This document shows, piece after piece, positions 1-10,663 of a DNA stretch of 64,000 nucleotides. How positions within the stretch are numbered: the first letter of the stretch is position 1; each line of letters starts with the position of its first letter. The notes beneath the pieces are model-generated. The model was not told the origin of the DNA and made no database searches. It was given only the letters and a program-made list of their open reading frames with translations. Source of the DNA: Candidatus Poribacteria bacterium. GTDB taxonomy: Bacteria > Poribacteria > WGA-4E > WGA-3G. The translations under genes and the position numbers were made by a program. The DNA lies in contig CAXXLX010000001.1 in the NCBI GenBank assembly GCA_963665235.2, forward strand, positions 448,001 through 512,000, given 5' to 3'.

Positions 1-3000
1 AGCGTATATTCCATCATAATATCTAATTGGGATGTGCCTTCGGTGAGCAGGTATTCCAGCTTGGCATCGAAGGTGAGCGGCCCGAGTTGTCGGACATCGC
101 GTTTAAAGAGCAAAGAAAAAATGATGCGGTTGAGTGCATCGTTGCCATCGCCATAAGTGAGACGTGTCGCGCTTAGCATTCCGATAATACCCCCGCGTGC
201 TTTACGGAACAATTTTTCTGCAAGGCTCGGTTCGCCCGGGGCATCAAAGTAGCCGTTATAGCAGCTGAGCACGAGCATAAAAGGGGGCCCGCCGGTCTCC
301 TGTAGTTTTTCGACGGCGGCATTGTCAAAAATCGCCTCATGTGCCCAGACAATGCGTCCGCCGTGTCCTGCATATTGTGCAATGACAGCCCCTTCACCTA
401 ATGCGGTCGTAATCCGTTCCCGTGCGACGCGTTGCGGAAGCTGTCCATCGTGTTTGTCCGGATTGGCTTCAACCTCATCTATAACATCCTCAAGGAATAT
501 TTCCACAGTTTCATAACCGAGCAACGTATGATTTTTGGCGATTTCGTCTAGGCTCTTTTTGAAAATAAAATCGCCAGAGTTGTTGACTTCATCGTCTGCG
601 ACAGAGACAATCTTTCGTCGCCAGTCCCCGTTAGGACGTTTTGATTCGTATTGGATGATTTTCTGAACGACCGCGTCTGCTTCCGCTTCGGTTTCCACAC
701 TGATTCTACCGAGATAGAAATCTACAAATTCATCGTGCCCAGAGACAGTAGCGTACCAGTGGTCCGCTGCGGTTCTCCCAAAGGTAGCGGTGGGGATGTA
801 GTGTGTCGGGATGTACCCATCCATTTCTGGCGGCTCGGGGTGGAAATCGGTGTCAATACCGCGGAAGTCGTAAGTTCCATCGCCGAAGAGCACGACATAA
901 GAGAGGGCAGGCGGTGCCCAATTTTGATAGGCGTGCTTGAGAAACGCTTTTATCCACTGCGGGTGGACGGTCCCATCGCCGAAGCTGTTGTAAACAGTAT
1001 TGATATCGACCACCTTGGTTCGGTATCCCCCTCCACTACTACCTCCGCGCCAGGTTGCCAATCTATCGGCTGCGTCTTGAAATTTAGGGTGTGTAAGGAT
1101 GAGATAGTCAACGCTGTTTGCAGCACTTCGGACATCGACAGGCGGGACAGCCTCAACGCGGACAGGTGCACGAAGTGCTGTTTCGGAAACGGCAATGTAT
1201 TTTGCAGAGCGGGTATCAGGCACTTGGAACATCACCGTGTACGTGTGATTAGGTACAGCCGTTTGGTCGCCAGAGCCGAGTGCCAGCAAACGTGCGTTCA
1301 TAGCCGCATCGGTTGGCTGGGCTCCAATGTGAACACCCGTGAGCCTGGCGGTCAGCCTTTTGCCATCGGTTTCAAAGACAGAGATATTCGGGTTTAAAAA
1401 CGCATCAATCCGGTATTGGTGATTCCGTCCCTCTCCGGGTTTTGTCGGTGAGGCAAAGCGGAGCTGGTCATCAACTGCCATGAAAAGACGTGTGTACTCT
1501 ACCCAAAATCGGTTGAGATAGATGTGATACGGATAACGCGTCGTATCCTCTTCAAAGGTAGTGTCAATGCGGGTTAGCGAGAGGATATTGGTGTCCCCAG
1601 CAGATGCATCTTTGAAGTTATTCCAAGCACGCAATTGCTTTGAAACCGTGGTCTGCTCCTGGTAATCCCACCTGGCAAGGTCTCCTATCCGTATGCCGTT
1701 GACAGCAGCTAAGATTTCATGGCGAACAGGTGTCCCACCTTGGAGGACAACATGTATCTCCGGCGGTTCGAAACTTTTAGCAAGGTCATAGACTTTGAAC
1801 GGCAACCGCAGTTCACCTACATCGGCAGCATTTTTAATACCGGCCCAATACCAGAAGTCTAAAGCATCAAACCAGCGGTGTATGTCGCTGGCAGGCCCGG
1901 TCTTAGGATGGACGAATTCAAGGTTGTTCGTCAGATGGTCCTCCTCAAAGATGATGCGGGACCGGAAGGTGGGCACTTGCACAGCAGTTGCATCCCCAAG
2001 ACCTGCATTTTGTAGCGGGATGCGAGCAGCAACCGTTTTGGTGGAGTCCGGAGATACGTGCAGCCAATAGACACTCCAGCGGGTGTAGGCATTCTTCGGG
2101 AACGGGCTCTCCGGGTCAGTGGAACCGTGTGCAAGGAAAAAGAGCGCATCGGTTGCGTCGAAACGGTTATCCGAAGTACCGCTGATATGAATAGGTATGT
2201 CCTGGCCCGCCCGCGTGATGCGGAGTCTACGCGGGTCTATTCCCAAAAGGTCTACACCCCAAGTGTCGCGGAGGCCCGCTGCAGTGAGTCGATAGATGCC
2301 TGTTTTATCCACGGCTATCTTGTAACGTGTTTGGTGCTGTTCCGGTGCGCTAGGTGCCGCAGGGGCAGCGGATATCCGAGACAGGCCGGGCTGCCGAAAG
2401 GCACGGGCTGCTTCGTAATTGAGCAGGAGCCGCGCAAGGGTCGGCTCATAAAGCGATGACAGAGAAGTCTCCGTACTCATCGAATAGAGGTGCCCACTAC
2501 TCGACCGAAAACGGATAACAACGGTGAGCTGTTGATAGGCACGTACCTCCTGCCTAGCGACGTGATACTGTACCGGATACAACGCAAGACTGATGACGCG
2601 CTGGGAACGGATGTAACCATCGGTTTCTATACTTGCAAAGGTAGTTGGATACGCAGCAGCGGGCTGCGACCGATTCACAGTTTTGCCGCCCTTCGCCTGA
2701 AGCCGGATACCGCTACGGGTTTGCACAGGACCGACCTGAACCGATATGTCTTCAGAACTCAGTTGGATATCGGTAGGTACGCCTAACAGCACACGCGTGA
2801 CAGGCATCTTGGGATGCCCCGGTGCCGTTAACCACCCGCAATCTTTGTATGATATTGTATCGTACGGGCTGCCCGATGTGGTACCCTTGGTGACCTGAAG
2901 CGGTGGGAGCGTGAATGTCACTGTAATGCCCTCAGACGCTGTCACGGATGTAACATCTGCAACCGCAGGAAAACCGTAGATAGATAACGTCAGCATGTAA

Positions 3001-3128
3001 AAAAGACAGCAAATAGATAAAAACTGAAAAAGAGTGCAAGGTCGCGCTATCGTAGGGGCGAGGTTCCCTCGCCCAAAGATAGTAAGCATACTCCATAAAT
3101 TTCCGTAACAATTTGATGACACCAACAT
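1..3128 (-). CDS. C25 family (gingipain/PorU-like) cysteine peptidase with N-terminal propeptide, runs off the left edge
   Basis: Absent from the ORF track, consistent with no in-window stop. Hand translation from ATG 3128 (RBS AGGAGA) gives a hydrophobic N-terminus, propeptide-like GHPKMPVTRVLLGVP, then DYLILTHPKF, YVVLFGDG, FYLGRISV and the catalytic motifs YAGHGG (~355-375) and VLSCYNGYF (~255-272). Confidence 0.85.
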   Translation of the reverse strand, partial: MLVSSNCYGNLWSMLTIFGRGNLAPTIARPCTLFQFLSICCLFYMLTLSIYGFPAVADVTSVTASEGITVTFTLPPLQVTKGTTSGSPYDTISYKDCGWLTAPGHPKMPVTRVLLGVPTDIQLSSEDISVQVGPVQTRSGIRLQAKGGKTVNRSQPAAAYPTTFASIETDGYIRSQRVISLALYPVQYHVARQEVRAYQQLTVVIRFRSSSGHLYSMSTETSLSSLYEPTLARLLLNYEAARAFRQPGLSRISAAPAAPSAPEQHQTRYKIAVDKTGIYRLTAAGLRDTWGVDLLGIDPRRLRITRAGQDIPIHISGTSDNRFDATDALFFLAHGSTDPESPFPKNAYTRWSVYWLHVSPDSTKTVAARIPLQNAGLGDATAVQVPTFRSRIIFEEDHLTNNLEFVHPKTGPASDIHRWFDALDFWYWAGIKNAADVGELRLPFKVYDLAKSFEPPEIHVVLQGGTPVRHEILAAVNGIRIGDLARWDYQEQTTVSKQLRAWNNFKDASAGDTNILSLTRIDTTFEEDTTRYPYHIYLNRFWVEYTRLFMAVDDQLRFASPTKPGEGRNHQYRIDAFLNPNISVFETDGKRLTARLTGVHIGAQPTDAAMNARLLALGSGDQTAVPNHTYTVMFQVPDTRSAKYIAVSETALRAPVRVEAVPPVDVRSAANSVDYLILTHPKFQDAADRLATWRGGSSGGGYRTKVVDINTVYNSFGDGTVHPQWIKAFLKHAYQNWAPPALSYVVLFGDGTYDFRGIDTDFHPEPPEMDGYIPTHYIPTATFGRTAADHWYATVSGHDEFVDFYLGRISVETEAEADAVVQKIIQYESKRPNGDWRRKIVSVADDEVNNSGDFIFKKSLDEIAKNHTLLGYETVEIFLEDVIDEVEANPDKHDGQLPQRVARERITTALGEGAVIAQYAGHGGRIVWAHEAIFDNAAVEKLQETGGPPFMLVLSCYNGYFDAPGEPSLAEKLFRKARGGIIGMLSATRLTYGDGNDALNRIIFSLLFKRDVRQLGPLTFDAKLEYLLTEGTSQLDIMMEYT
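3052..3074 (+). repeat. GTAG-type REP palindrome inside the 5' part of the C25 gene
   Basis: GTAG-GGGCGAGG-ttc-CCTCGCCC; near-identical copy at 35915-35937. Confidence 0.7.
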
Positions 3129-3391
3129 ATTTCTCCTATTTCTATTGACTATTCCTAATCGCCTTATGCCATTTTTACATTAGTTGCTTAACACTTCGGT
3201 TTTCTTCATTTTTTTTATTGCACAATAAGTATACCAGATTATCAGCAACCGTTTCAACGGAAAACAGAGCGATTCAGCCCTGGGTGTGTAAATATTTTGT
3301 ATCGCGAGCACAACTCGCTCCTCATACTAGAAAGAAGAAAAAAGGTGAGGAGGGAACAGAAGGATGTCGGGGTTGCAAAATTGCAAAATCG

Positions 3392-4372
3392 CTACTGGAC
3401 TTTAAGGAGAATCTTACCGAAATTGCGGTTCGCTTCCATATATTCGTGGGCCTGTCGGGCTTCTGCTAGTGGGAAAACTTTATCAATGATAGGTCGGAGG
3501 GTCCCCGCCTTTAACGCTGGTAACCAGTGCCGGACGAAACGCTGCGTGATAGCGATTTTCTCGTCAAGCGATTGCGGCCGCATCACCGAGCCGATAATCC
3601 GGAGACGCTTTCGCATCACAGTGCCCAGGTTTATTTCTGTCGTTGCACCGCCGATTAATCCAACCTGCAATAGACACCCCTTCGTTTTGAGAATTGCGAG
3701 ATTTTTCTCAAGATAGGGCGCGCCAATAAAATCCAGAACTGTGTCAACCCCCTCACCATCGGTTAATTTCTCAATTTCTGTAACGAAGTCATCAACTTTA
3801 TAGTTAATCCCATCGACTGCCCCTAACTCCTTACATTTTGCTATCTTCTCCGGGGTGCCCGCGGTGACAAAAACGCGCGCGCCTGCATGATGTGCCATCT
3901 GAATCCCGGCACTTCCAACACCACTTCCGCCAGCATGAATCAGGATGGTCTGTCCTGCTGTCAATTTTCCGAGTGTGAACATATTCTCGTTTGCTGTAAA
4001 AAAGACTTCAGGAATTGCTGCTGCCTGTTCGAAAGTCCATTCGTTAGGTATCGGCATTGCCATGCGGTAATCGATGACAGCTTGCTCCGCGTATCCGCCT
4101 CCGCCAACAAGCCCAAAGACGCGGTCCCCTTTGGCAAATCCTGTTACGGCATTGCCCATCGTTGAAACGGTACCGGCGATTTCTAAACCGAGTATTTCCG
4201 ATTCGCCCGGCGGTGGTGGATATCCACCCCTACGTTGTATCAAGTCTACGCGGTTTAGCGCGGTCGCTTTAACATCAATTAGGAGTTGAGTTGCTGTCGG
4301 TTCAGGTGCTAGAACTTCGCCTAATTTTAGAACGTCTGCTTTTCCATCACCCGTTCGGATAATTGCCTTCAT
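3392..4372 (-). CDS. NAD(P)H-quinone oxidoreductase, PIG3 family (MDR superfamily)
   Basis: ALNRVDLIQRRGGYPPPPG, GLEIAG, HAGGSGVG motifs. Confidence 0.9.
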   Translation of the reverse strand: MKAIIRTGDGKADVLKLGEVLAPEPTATQLLIDVKATALNRVDLIQRRGGYPPPPGESEILGLEIAGTVSTMGNAVTGFAKGDRVFGLVGGGGYAEQAVIDYRMAMPIPNEWTFEQAAAIPEVFFTANENMFTLGKLTAGQTILIHAGGSGVGSAGIQMAHHAGARVFVTAGTPEKIAKCKELGAVDGINYKVDDFVTEIEKLTDGEGVDTVLDFIGAPYLEKNLAILKTKGCLLQVGLIGGATTEINLGTVMRKRLRIIGSVMRPQSLDEKIAITQRFVRHWLPALKAGTLRPIIDKVFPLAEARQAHEYMEANRNFGKILLKVQ

Positions 4373-4654
4373 CTGGTTTTTCTCCTCTGCTTTTGCGCTG
4401 TCGGGTTTCGTGCCGAATGCGCGTACAGCATTCGGAAACCTGTTTCAACCCGACCTACAAACTGCTATATTTTAACACATACAGTGGGTTTCTGCCAAGT
4501 TTAAAACGAACAATTAAATCATTATAATGTCTATAATATTGCGCGTATCAGGGAACTTATGCATTGGGAATTGTGTTAAAATATTTTTAGAGAGAAAATA
4601 TTTTCTGTCCCTTAACCTTAAATTTTGAAAATTATCCAAATGTTAGGAGAAAAA

Positions 4655-5215
4655 ATGCAACGTTATATTTTTAGCCTTGGATTGATATTTACAGTTGTTC
4701 TCGCTTTGGGATGCCAACCTAAGACGTTTCAGATGTTGATTGAACCGCAGGAATGGGTGAACATTGCCCTTGAGAAAGGGGTGACTTGTTCCGCCCCGGA
4801 GATGATAGACGGTGATATGGAAACGTTGGGATATGTAGAAATAACCCAGAACAGAGCGAGGGAAACCCGCAGACGCATCGATGTGAAATTACCAGAACGT
4901 AGAACTATCCATCGCGTTGTCTTCCGTGACACTAACATTGCCTATGCAAGAATAGATGCACGCTTAGGGAGCGAAGGTCGGTGGCAGTTCATTCACGACA
5001 TCAAGCATAATACGGAGCCGACGACTGAATTTAAGGTCGGTGTCGCCGCGGATGCGCTCCGAATCTTTGTTCTTAGTACAACCGATGACGTACACAACAA
5101 AAGAGACCTTTTCAGTGATAAGGGGAAGGGCACGCGGCAGAATAAACCGAAGTTAGCGCGGCCCTATATCCATGAACTTGAGGTTTATGGACTTATCCCA
5201 AAAAGTAGCAAATGA
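4655..5215 (+). CDS. Putative lipoprotein with discoidin/galactose-binding-like domain
   Basis: RBS AGGAGA before ATG 4655, lipobox LALGC, MIDGD and IHELEVYG motifs. Confidence 0.6.
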   Translation: MQRYIFSLGLIFTVVLALGCQPKTFQMLIEPQEWVNIALEKGVTCSAPEMIDGDMETLGYVEITQNRARETRRRIDVKLPERRTIHRVVFRDTNIAYARIDARLGSEGRWQFIHDIKHNTEPTTEFKVGVAADALRIFVLSTTDDVHNKRDLFSDKGKGTRQNKPKLARPYIHELEVYGLIPKSSK

Positions 5216-5247
5216 GCAGTTGAGTATGCCGTTTCGGCACAAGCAGT

Positions 5248-5823
5248 TCAAATGCCCTGATTCAAAGAGATTAGCGGTTTTGACGCAATTTGAAGGTAAG
5301 TTTCCTCTGTGACAGTGTCCGAGAAAAACGGCGCGAAGAACGTATCGGCAGTTTCCAAAAACGCAGGCAGATTGATACCCATATAGTTGTGCGCTGCCTC
5401 ACCAGACTCCTTAACAACCTGTCGCAATTTATTGCGGCCGGCAGTAGAAAGGGTACGCAACGGCCGCAACATCCGCATGTGATATTTGATTAGCGATGCG
5501 GACACCTGTATTAATCCTTGCAGAAAAAGCCGATACGTATCCTCTGCTTCGTGCCACAAACCCTCCCATGCTTCATGCGCCTCCCACCAATACGCGAAAT
5601 TATACAGGTCCACACCGTATAGGTACGTCTCGTTTTGTTCCCACAGCTCTGGCGGCAGTCCTATATCATCAGAGGTCTCCTCTATACCGTAACTGTGGCC
5701 GCGCGGGTCACGAATCGGATGCGGGGTGACCCCCGGTATGTGACGATATGGCGGAAAATCCTCTTGCGGACAATACCGGGGCCAATTTGCATCGAAAGGG
5801 TGGGGTTGTTTGTAAGTGTCCAT
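5248..5823 (-). CDS. DUF309 family protein
   Basis: GVDLYNFAYWWEAHEAWEGLW and LQGLIQ motifs. Confidence 0.85.
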   Translation of the reverse strand: MDTYKQPHPFDANWPRYCPQEDFPPYRHIPGVTPHPIRDPRGHSYGIEETSDDIGLPPELWEQNETYLYGVDLYNFAYWWEAHEAWEGLWHEAEDTYRLFLQGLIQVSASLIKYHMRMLRPLRTLSTAGRNKLRQVVKESGEAAHNYMGINLPAFLETADTFFAPFFSDTVTEETYLQIASKPLISLNQGI

Positions 5824-5841
5824 AGTGTTGTGATGTTCGGG

Positions 5842-7200
5842 TTATCTACCGACTCCGCTGTAAAGAAACCCGGCTGCGCGTGCTTCTTGTGGTGCGTAAA
5901 TGTTGCGGCCGTCGATGAGAATCGGTGTTTTCATCTGTTTCGCGAGTTTACGCAGGTCCAATTTATGATAGAGTTCCCACTCGGTAACAAGCAGGAGTGC
6001 ATCCGCATCCGCAGCGATTCGGTATGCGTCCTCGTAGAAATCAACGGAGAGGCCGCTTAGGGCACGTTTTGCGTTTGGAATAGCGATTGGGTCGTGTGCG
6101 CGAACGTTCGCGCCCGCTTCGAGGAGATGTCGGATGATTTCAAGGGCGGGGGCTTCACGCACATCGTCGGTGTTCGGTTTGAAAGCGAGTCCAAGGATAC
6201 CGATAGTTTTTCCATCAAATGTTTTAAGGGTGTTTCGCAATTTTTCAACGATACGCACGCGCTGGCGGAAGTTGACAGTTCGCGCCGCTTCGGTAATCGG
6301 CATGTCGTATTGAGATTGCGCTGCAACGCCTAAGAGAGCAGATGTATCTTTCGGGTAACAACTGCCGCCCCAGCCGAGCCCTGCCCGGAGGAATCGGTGC
6401 CCGATGCGGGAGTCAAGCCCTATACCACGTGCGACCTCTGTTACATCCGCGCCGACATTTTCACATAACCCGGCAATTTCGTTGATGAAACTAATCTTTA
6501 GGGCGAGGAAGGTGTTAGCAGCGTATTTAATCATCTCCGCGCTGTTCGGGTCTGTGGTCATCATCGGTGGCAGATGGTAAGCCGCTGGACGCGGTAACGA
6601 ACTGGGCGGGTCAAACGTCTGTTCCAGTATCGGTTGATAGAGCCGCCGTAATGCATCGATGGCACGATTACAGTTCGCCCCGATGATAATTCTATCTGGA
6701 TAGAACGCACCCTGTAACGCCAACCCTTCCTGCAAAAACTCCGGATTGGAGGCGACAGAGACGTTGCCTTGAATACCGCGCGCGGCAAAGACATCTTCGA
6801 CGACCTTAGCGACGCGCTGATTGGTCCCAATCGGGACAGTGGATTTGATAACAAGGGTATAGTTCTGATTGGGGCGGCAGACCTGTGCAACCTCTCTGGC
6901 GGCTTGTTCTACATGCTGTGTGTCCGCTTCTCCGCTTTTTTTCGGCGGTGTGCCGACAGCAATCAGAATAAGTTCCGCTGCTGGGACTACCTCAGCAACG
7001 CTTGGGGTGAAGCGGATAGCGTGCCGTACCTCGTCAAGCAGCGTCTGGATACCGGGTTCATGGATAGGGCTTTTTCCTGCTTGCAAGCAGCTGAGTTTGG
7101 CGGTGTCTTTGTCCACTGCAGCGACATCGTGATTGAGGTAGGCGAGCACGACCGCTGTCGTCAACCCAACGTATCCTGTCCCAATAATTGCGATTTTCAT
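5842..7200 (-). CDS. ugd: UDP-glucose/GDP-mannose dehydrogenase
   Basis: GTGYVG, KSTVPIGT, SNPEFL, GWGGSCYPKD, GLAFKPNTDDVRE. Confidence 0.92.
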   Translation of the reverse strand: MKIAIIGTGYVGLTTAVVLAYLNHDVAAVDKDTAKLSCLQAGKSPIHEPGIQTLLDEVRHAIRFTPSVAEVVPAAELILIAVGTPPKKSGEADTQHVEQAAREVAQVCRPNQNYTLVIKSTVPIGTNQRVAKVVEDVFAARGIQGNVSVASNPEFLQEGLALQGAFYPDRIIIGANCNRAIDALRRLYQPILEQTFDPPSSLPRPAAYHLPPMMTTDPNSAEMIKYAANTFLALKISFINEIAGLCENVGADVTEVARGIGLDSRIGHRFLRAGLGWGGSCYPKDTSALLGVAAQSQYDMPITEAARTVNFRQRVRIVEKLRNTLKTFDGKTIGILGLAFKPNTDDVREAPALEIIRHLLEAGANVRAHDPIAIPNAKRALSGLSVDFYEDAYRIAADADALLLVTEWELYHKLDLRKLAKQMKTPILIDGRNIYAPQEARAAGFLYSGVGR

Positions 7201-7413
7201 GTTTTCTCCGCTTAGAATTTAACGTGAGTTTGGAAAAAGTTTTCCGCTAGTATTCGGGCAACCAGCACGTTCCTTTATAGCATTATGGAAACCGTTGGAA
7301 ACCTATAGCAAGCGGAAGAGAACTCTGAAGCGCATCAGAAACCTGTTTCGCTTCAAAAACTCTTGCCAATCGCCAATCGCCAATCGCTAATTGCCAATTG
7401 CCAATTGCTAATT

Positions 7414-7506
7414 TGGGTATCCATGGTAGCTAACAGCATATCCCCCGATGAGAAGGTATTCAACTTGGTATGAGTTCAGCAACCTCAAGAACTCTTTGAA
7501 GTCGTT
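7414..7506 (-). pseudogene. N-terminal fragment of a small nucleotidyltransferase, cut off at a heptamer-repeat element
   Basis: Hand translation NDFKEFLRLLNSYQVEYLLIGGYAVSYHGYP; the frame then runs into GCCAATT/GCTAATT repeats. Confidence 0.6.
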
Positions 7507-7594
7507 CGTTCAAAAGACGATAGCACAGAAAACGTTTTTTTATCCACTCACTTTAAGCGCATCAATTGCCCGCATTGCCTAAATCCTCCCCGTT

Positions 7595-8605
7595 TTACTC
7601 TGATGGCGGTTGTACGTCTTCCAACAGTCTATGGATAATATCCAAACTTGTTATACCGTCAGCTTCTGCGTTAAAGTTAGTTAAAATTCGGTGTCGAAGT
7701 ACCGGTCTTGCCACGGCTTTGATATCTTCATAAGCGACGTGATAACGGCCGTGCATAATTGCGCGTGCTTTTGCTCCTAAAACTAGATATTGCGATGCTC
7801 GGGGGCCCGCGCCCCAATCCACCCAGTTCTTAATAAAATCTGGGGCATCGGGGTGTGTCGGTCGCGTAGTGTGGCTCAGTTCAACGGCATAATCCACCAT
7901 ACTTTCGGCAATCGGTACTTTCCGGACAATTTGTTGTAACCTGAGCACCTCTTCACTTGTAATAACCGGTGCTATCTCCGGTTCATAAGCGGAGGTAGTC
8001 GTCATTACAATCTCTTTTTCTTCCGCCTTGTCGGGGTAGTCAATATAAATATTGAACATGAACCGATCGAGTTGTGCTTCGGGGAGTGGATATGTGCCTT
8101 CCTGTTCGATCGGATTCTGTGTTGCTAACACGAAGAACGGGAGTTCTAATCCGTATGTATTCCCCCCTGCCGTAACCTTGTATTCCTGCATGGCTTGTAG
8201 CAACGCGGCTTGTGTTTTCGGGGGGGTTCGGTTAATCTCATCGGCAAGGACAATGTTGGCGAAAACGGGGCCTTTGATAAAACGGAACGCGCGTTTGCCG
8301 GTATTCATCTCTTCCTCAATAATATCTGTACCAATGATGTCCGAAGGCATTAGGTCCGGGGTGAATTGAATACGATTGAAAGGGAGTTTGAGAATTTGTG
8401 CGAAAGTACTGATAAGAAGCGTTTTAGCGAGTCCGGGAACGCCTACAAGCAGACAGTGGCCTTGTGAGAAGAGAGCAATTAACAGTTGGTCGATGACATC
8501 GCTTTGCCCGATGATTCGTTTTCTCAGTTCGGTTAAAATATTTTCGCGAGCTGTTTTTAAAAAAGCTGCGGCTTCTAAGTCAGTTTCAATATGTGCATTT
8601 TCCAT
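7595..8605 (-). CDS. moxR: MoxR family AAA+ ATPase
   Basis: GVPGLAKT, RIQFTPDLMPSDI, LADEINR, ATQNPIEQEGTYPLPEAQLDRF. Confidence 0.93.
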   Translation of the reverse strand: MENAHIETDLEAAAFLKTARENILTELRKRIIGQSDVIDQLLIALFSQGHCLLVGVPGLAKTLLISTFAQILKLPFNRIQFTPDLMPSDIIGTDIIEEEMNTGKRAFRFIKGPVFANIVLADEINRTPPKTQAALLQAMQEYKVTAGGNTYGLELPFFVLATQNPIEQEGTYPLPEAQLDRFMFNIYIDYPDKAEEKEIVMTTTSAYEPEIAPVITSEEVLRLQQIVRKVPIAESMVDYAVELSHTTRPTHPDAPDFIKNWVDWGAGPRASQYLVLGAKARAIMHGRYHVAYEDIKAVARPVLRHRILTNFNAEADGITSLDIIHRLLEDVQPPSE

Positions 8606-8630
8606 GAATTTTGAATCTTTCCTAATTTTA

Positions 8631-9012
8631 CTATAGTTTGGACAATATCCGTGAGACTAATGCCCGATTTTCAAAGCATTTCTGATTTTTCTCTAAGTTT
8701 CTCACACAAGGACAAATAGGAGAAAAATAGGATAGGATGTGCGAAAACGCAGCCCCAGCGGGGCGGAATGTTTATAGATAACGCAACCACATCACAAACT
8801 AGCCCCAGCGGGGCGATAGGGTTATAGAAGCAACAACACCCTAACCTATAATCACAAAACTTGGAGTGTTACGCACCGGACAATCCGCGCAAGCCGTATC
8901 CTCCGCGATAATCCGAGATTCTGACAAAAAACGCCAAATCCAATCTTCCACCCTTCCACCCTTCCACCTATCCCTTTGACTGGACGCACCCCTAAAATTG
9001 TCCAAAGTTCAG
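8631..9012. mobile_element. MITE family A
   Basis: TIRs CTATAGTTTGGACAAT...ATTGTCCAAAGTTCAG; 8-bp target duplication TAATTTTA; carries a CCCCAGCGGGG doublet and CCTTCCAC octamers. Confidence 0.8.
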
Positions 9013-9073
9013 TAATTTTAATCTAACGTAGGTTTGGAAAAAGTTTTCCCCTAGTATTCAGGCAAACAGCCCG

Positions 9074-10126
9074 CTACTCAGTTCTCCATATCTGGAGTCC
9101 ATCGGTATCAAAGTTAAAGTCGATGATTCGGGCTCCTGCCTCTTCGAGTTTCTGTCGGACGCTATGTTCTCGGGTAGGTTGGCAGTAGAAGAGGAGACAG
9201 CCGCCTCCGCCTGCCCCACATGCTTTACCCCCGATTGCGCCGTGTGTTTCCGCCACACTAAACAGTGCCTCAATTTGTTCATTCGTTACGGATGCGTGCA
9301 ATTTCTTCTGATTTTGCCAGTTTTCTGTCAGGAGTTCACCGAATTCTGTTAAGCGGCCTCGGATGAGTGCAGTTTTAGTGGTTTCAGCAATTGTTTTCAA
9401 GTTTTCCAAAGCGTTTTTCACACTCGGTTCACCGTTTTTGTATGCCTCCGTTACGTTTTGATGTATATTCCCGGAGAGCCGAGATTGGCCGGTGTAACAG
9501 AGTACGAGATTTTTTTCCAGCTCATATCGTATGTGCGGCGGTATTTTTAAAGGTGACGTTTTTACTTCTTCACCTTGAAATTCCATGAAGTTGATGCCGC
9601 CGAGAGCACTTGCGTAATGGTCCTGCTTCCCGCCGAGTATACCGAGTTCAAAACGTTCAATTGTGCTAGCGAGTTCAGCGTATTGATAGGGGAGATAGGT
9701 TACATCCTTGAGTGCGCCGAGCACACCGATTAGAGCGACTCCCATTGCGGCGGAGGTGCCGAGTCCACTCCCGGGCGGTGCGTTCGACTGTGTAATCAGA
9801 TTGAAGCCGCCAGTTTGGATTGACATGTGTCGGACAGCGGCTTTGATAAGGTCAATGTTTCCATCATATTCAAGTTGGCGTACATCTTGGGCTTCAATAA
9901 ACGTATCAAAGTCAGCAGAATAGATACGAATGCTTTTATCCAAAATACGCTGAAGTTCGATGGTGTCTGGGGGCGTTGCTTGGCCTTCACAAGCAAGCGT
10001 GGCATAAGCATATCGGTTAATTGCCCCGTTGACGACGAGCCCTTTAGATTCCTCGGTAAAGAGAGCTACGTCGCTCCATCCGCCAGCAAAATCAATGCGG
10101 ACCGGAGCTCTAGTTCGGATTAACAT
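9074..10126 (-). CDS. GHMP sugar kinase (HddA heptose-7-phosphate kinase-like)
   Basis: RAPVRIDFAGGWSD, PPGSGLGTSAA, GKQDHY, GAGGGG; RBS AGGAG supports the start at 10126. Confidence 0.85.
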   Translation of the reverse strand: MLIRTRAPVRIDFAGGWSDVALFTEESKGLVVNGAINRYAYATLACEGQATPPDTIELQRILDKSIRIYSADFDTFIEAQDVRQLEYDGNIDLIKAAVRHMSIQTGGFNLITQSNAPPGSGLGTSAAMGVALIGVLGALKDVTYLPYQYAELASTIERFELGILGGKQDHYASALGGINFMEFQGEEVKTSPLKIPPHIRYELEKNLVLCYTGQSRLSGNIHQNVTEAYKNGEPSVKNALENLKTIAETTKTALIRGRLTEFGELLTENWQNQKKLHASVTNEQIEALFSVAETHGAIGGKACGAGGGGCLLFYCQPTREHSVRQKLEEAGARIIDFNFDTDGLQIWRTE

Positions 10127-10260
10127 CACAGTTCTCCTGAAGAGGTCCGAAGCTATAGGGAATGGCACACAACTTGCCTCTGCTATTTTGTTTAACTAGG
10201 TTTCTACCTAAGCTGTACTGGTAGGGCGGGTTTAACCGGATTTCTGGGTTTACCAGTAGT

Positions 10261-10313
10261 AAAAAGCCGCAGAGATGCCTTTTCGATAATGAGGCGTAAT
10301 CCTGCGGCTTTTT
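10261..10313 (-). terminator. Intrinsic terminator downstream of hup
   Basis: AAAAAGCCGCAG...CTGCGGCTTTTT inverted repeat with A/T tracts on both sides. Confidence 0.7.
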
Positions 10314-10338
10314 ACTACAGCCTGTCAAGGCACTGCAT

Positions 10339-10623
10339 TTAGGCAACAGCGTCTCGGAGCTGTTTACCGGCTTTGAACGCTGGCACATTTTTCGCTTCAA
10401 TAGCAAGCGGATCGCCCGTTTGTGGATTGCGGCCTTGACGGGCGGCACGATGCCGGACTTCAAACGTTCCAAAACCAATGATTCCTACGGAGTTACCGTC
10501 GCTCAAGGCATCTCGAACAGTTGCCGTAAATGCGTCAACAGCGGCAGCCGCATCTTTTTTGCTAAGACCGGTCTTTTCAATAACACTGCCAACGATGTCT
10601 GCCTTCGTTAATTTATTAGCCAT
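10339..10623 (-). CDS. hup: DNA-binding protein HU
   Basis: [34 protein letters not shown]. Confidence 0.95.
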   Translation of the reverse strand: MANKLTKADIVGSVIEKTGLSKKDAAAAVDAFTATVRDALSDGNSVGIIGFGTFEVRHRAARQGRNPQTGDPLAIEAKNVPAFKAGKQLRDAVA

Positions 10624-10663
10624 GATTCAACTTCCTTTAATGTTTATTCAGGTAGATGAAGTC

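Noticed and set aside
651-2786. Plus-strand ORFs in the first 3 kb
   Set aside because: They are antisense shadows of the C25 peptidase gene.
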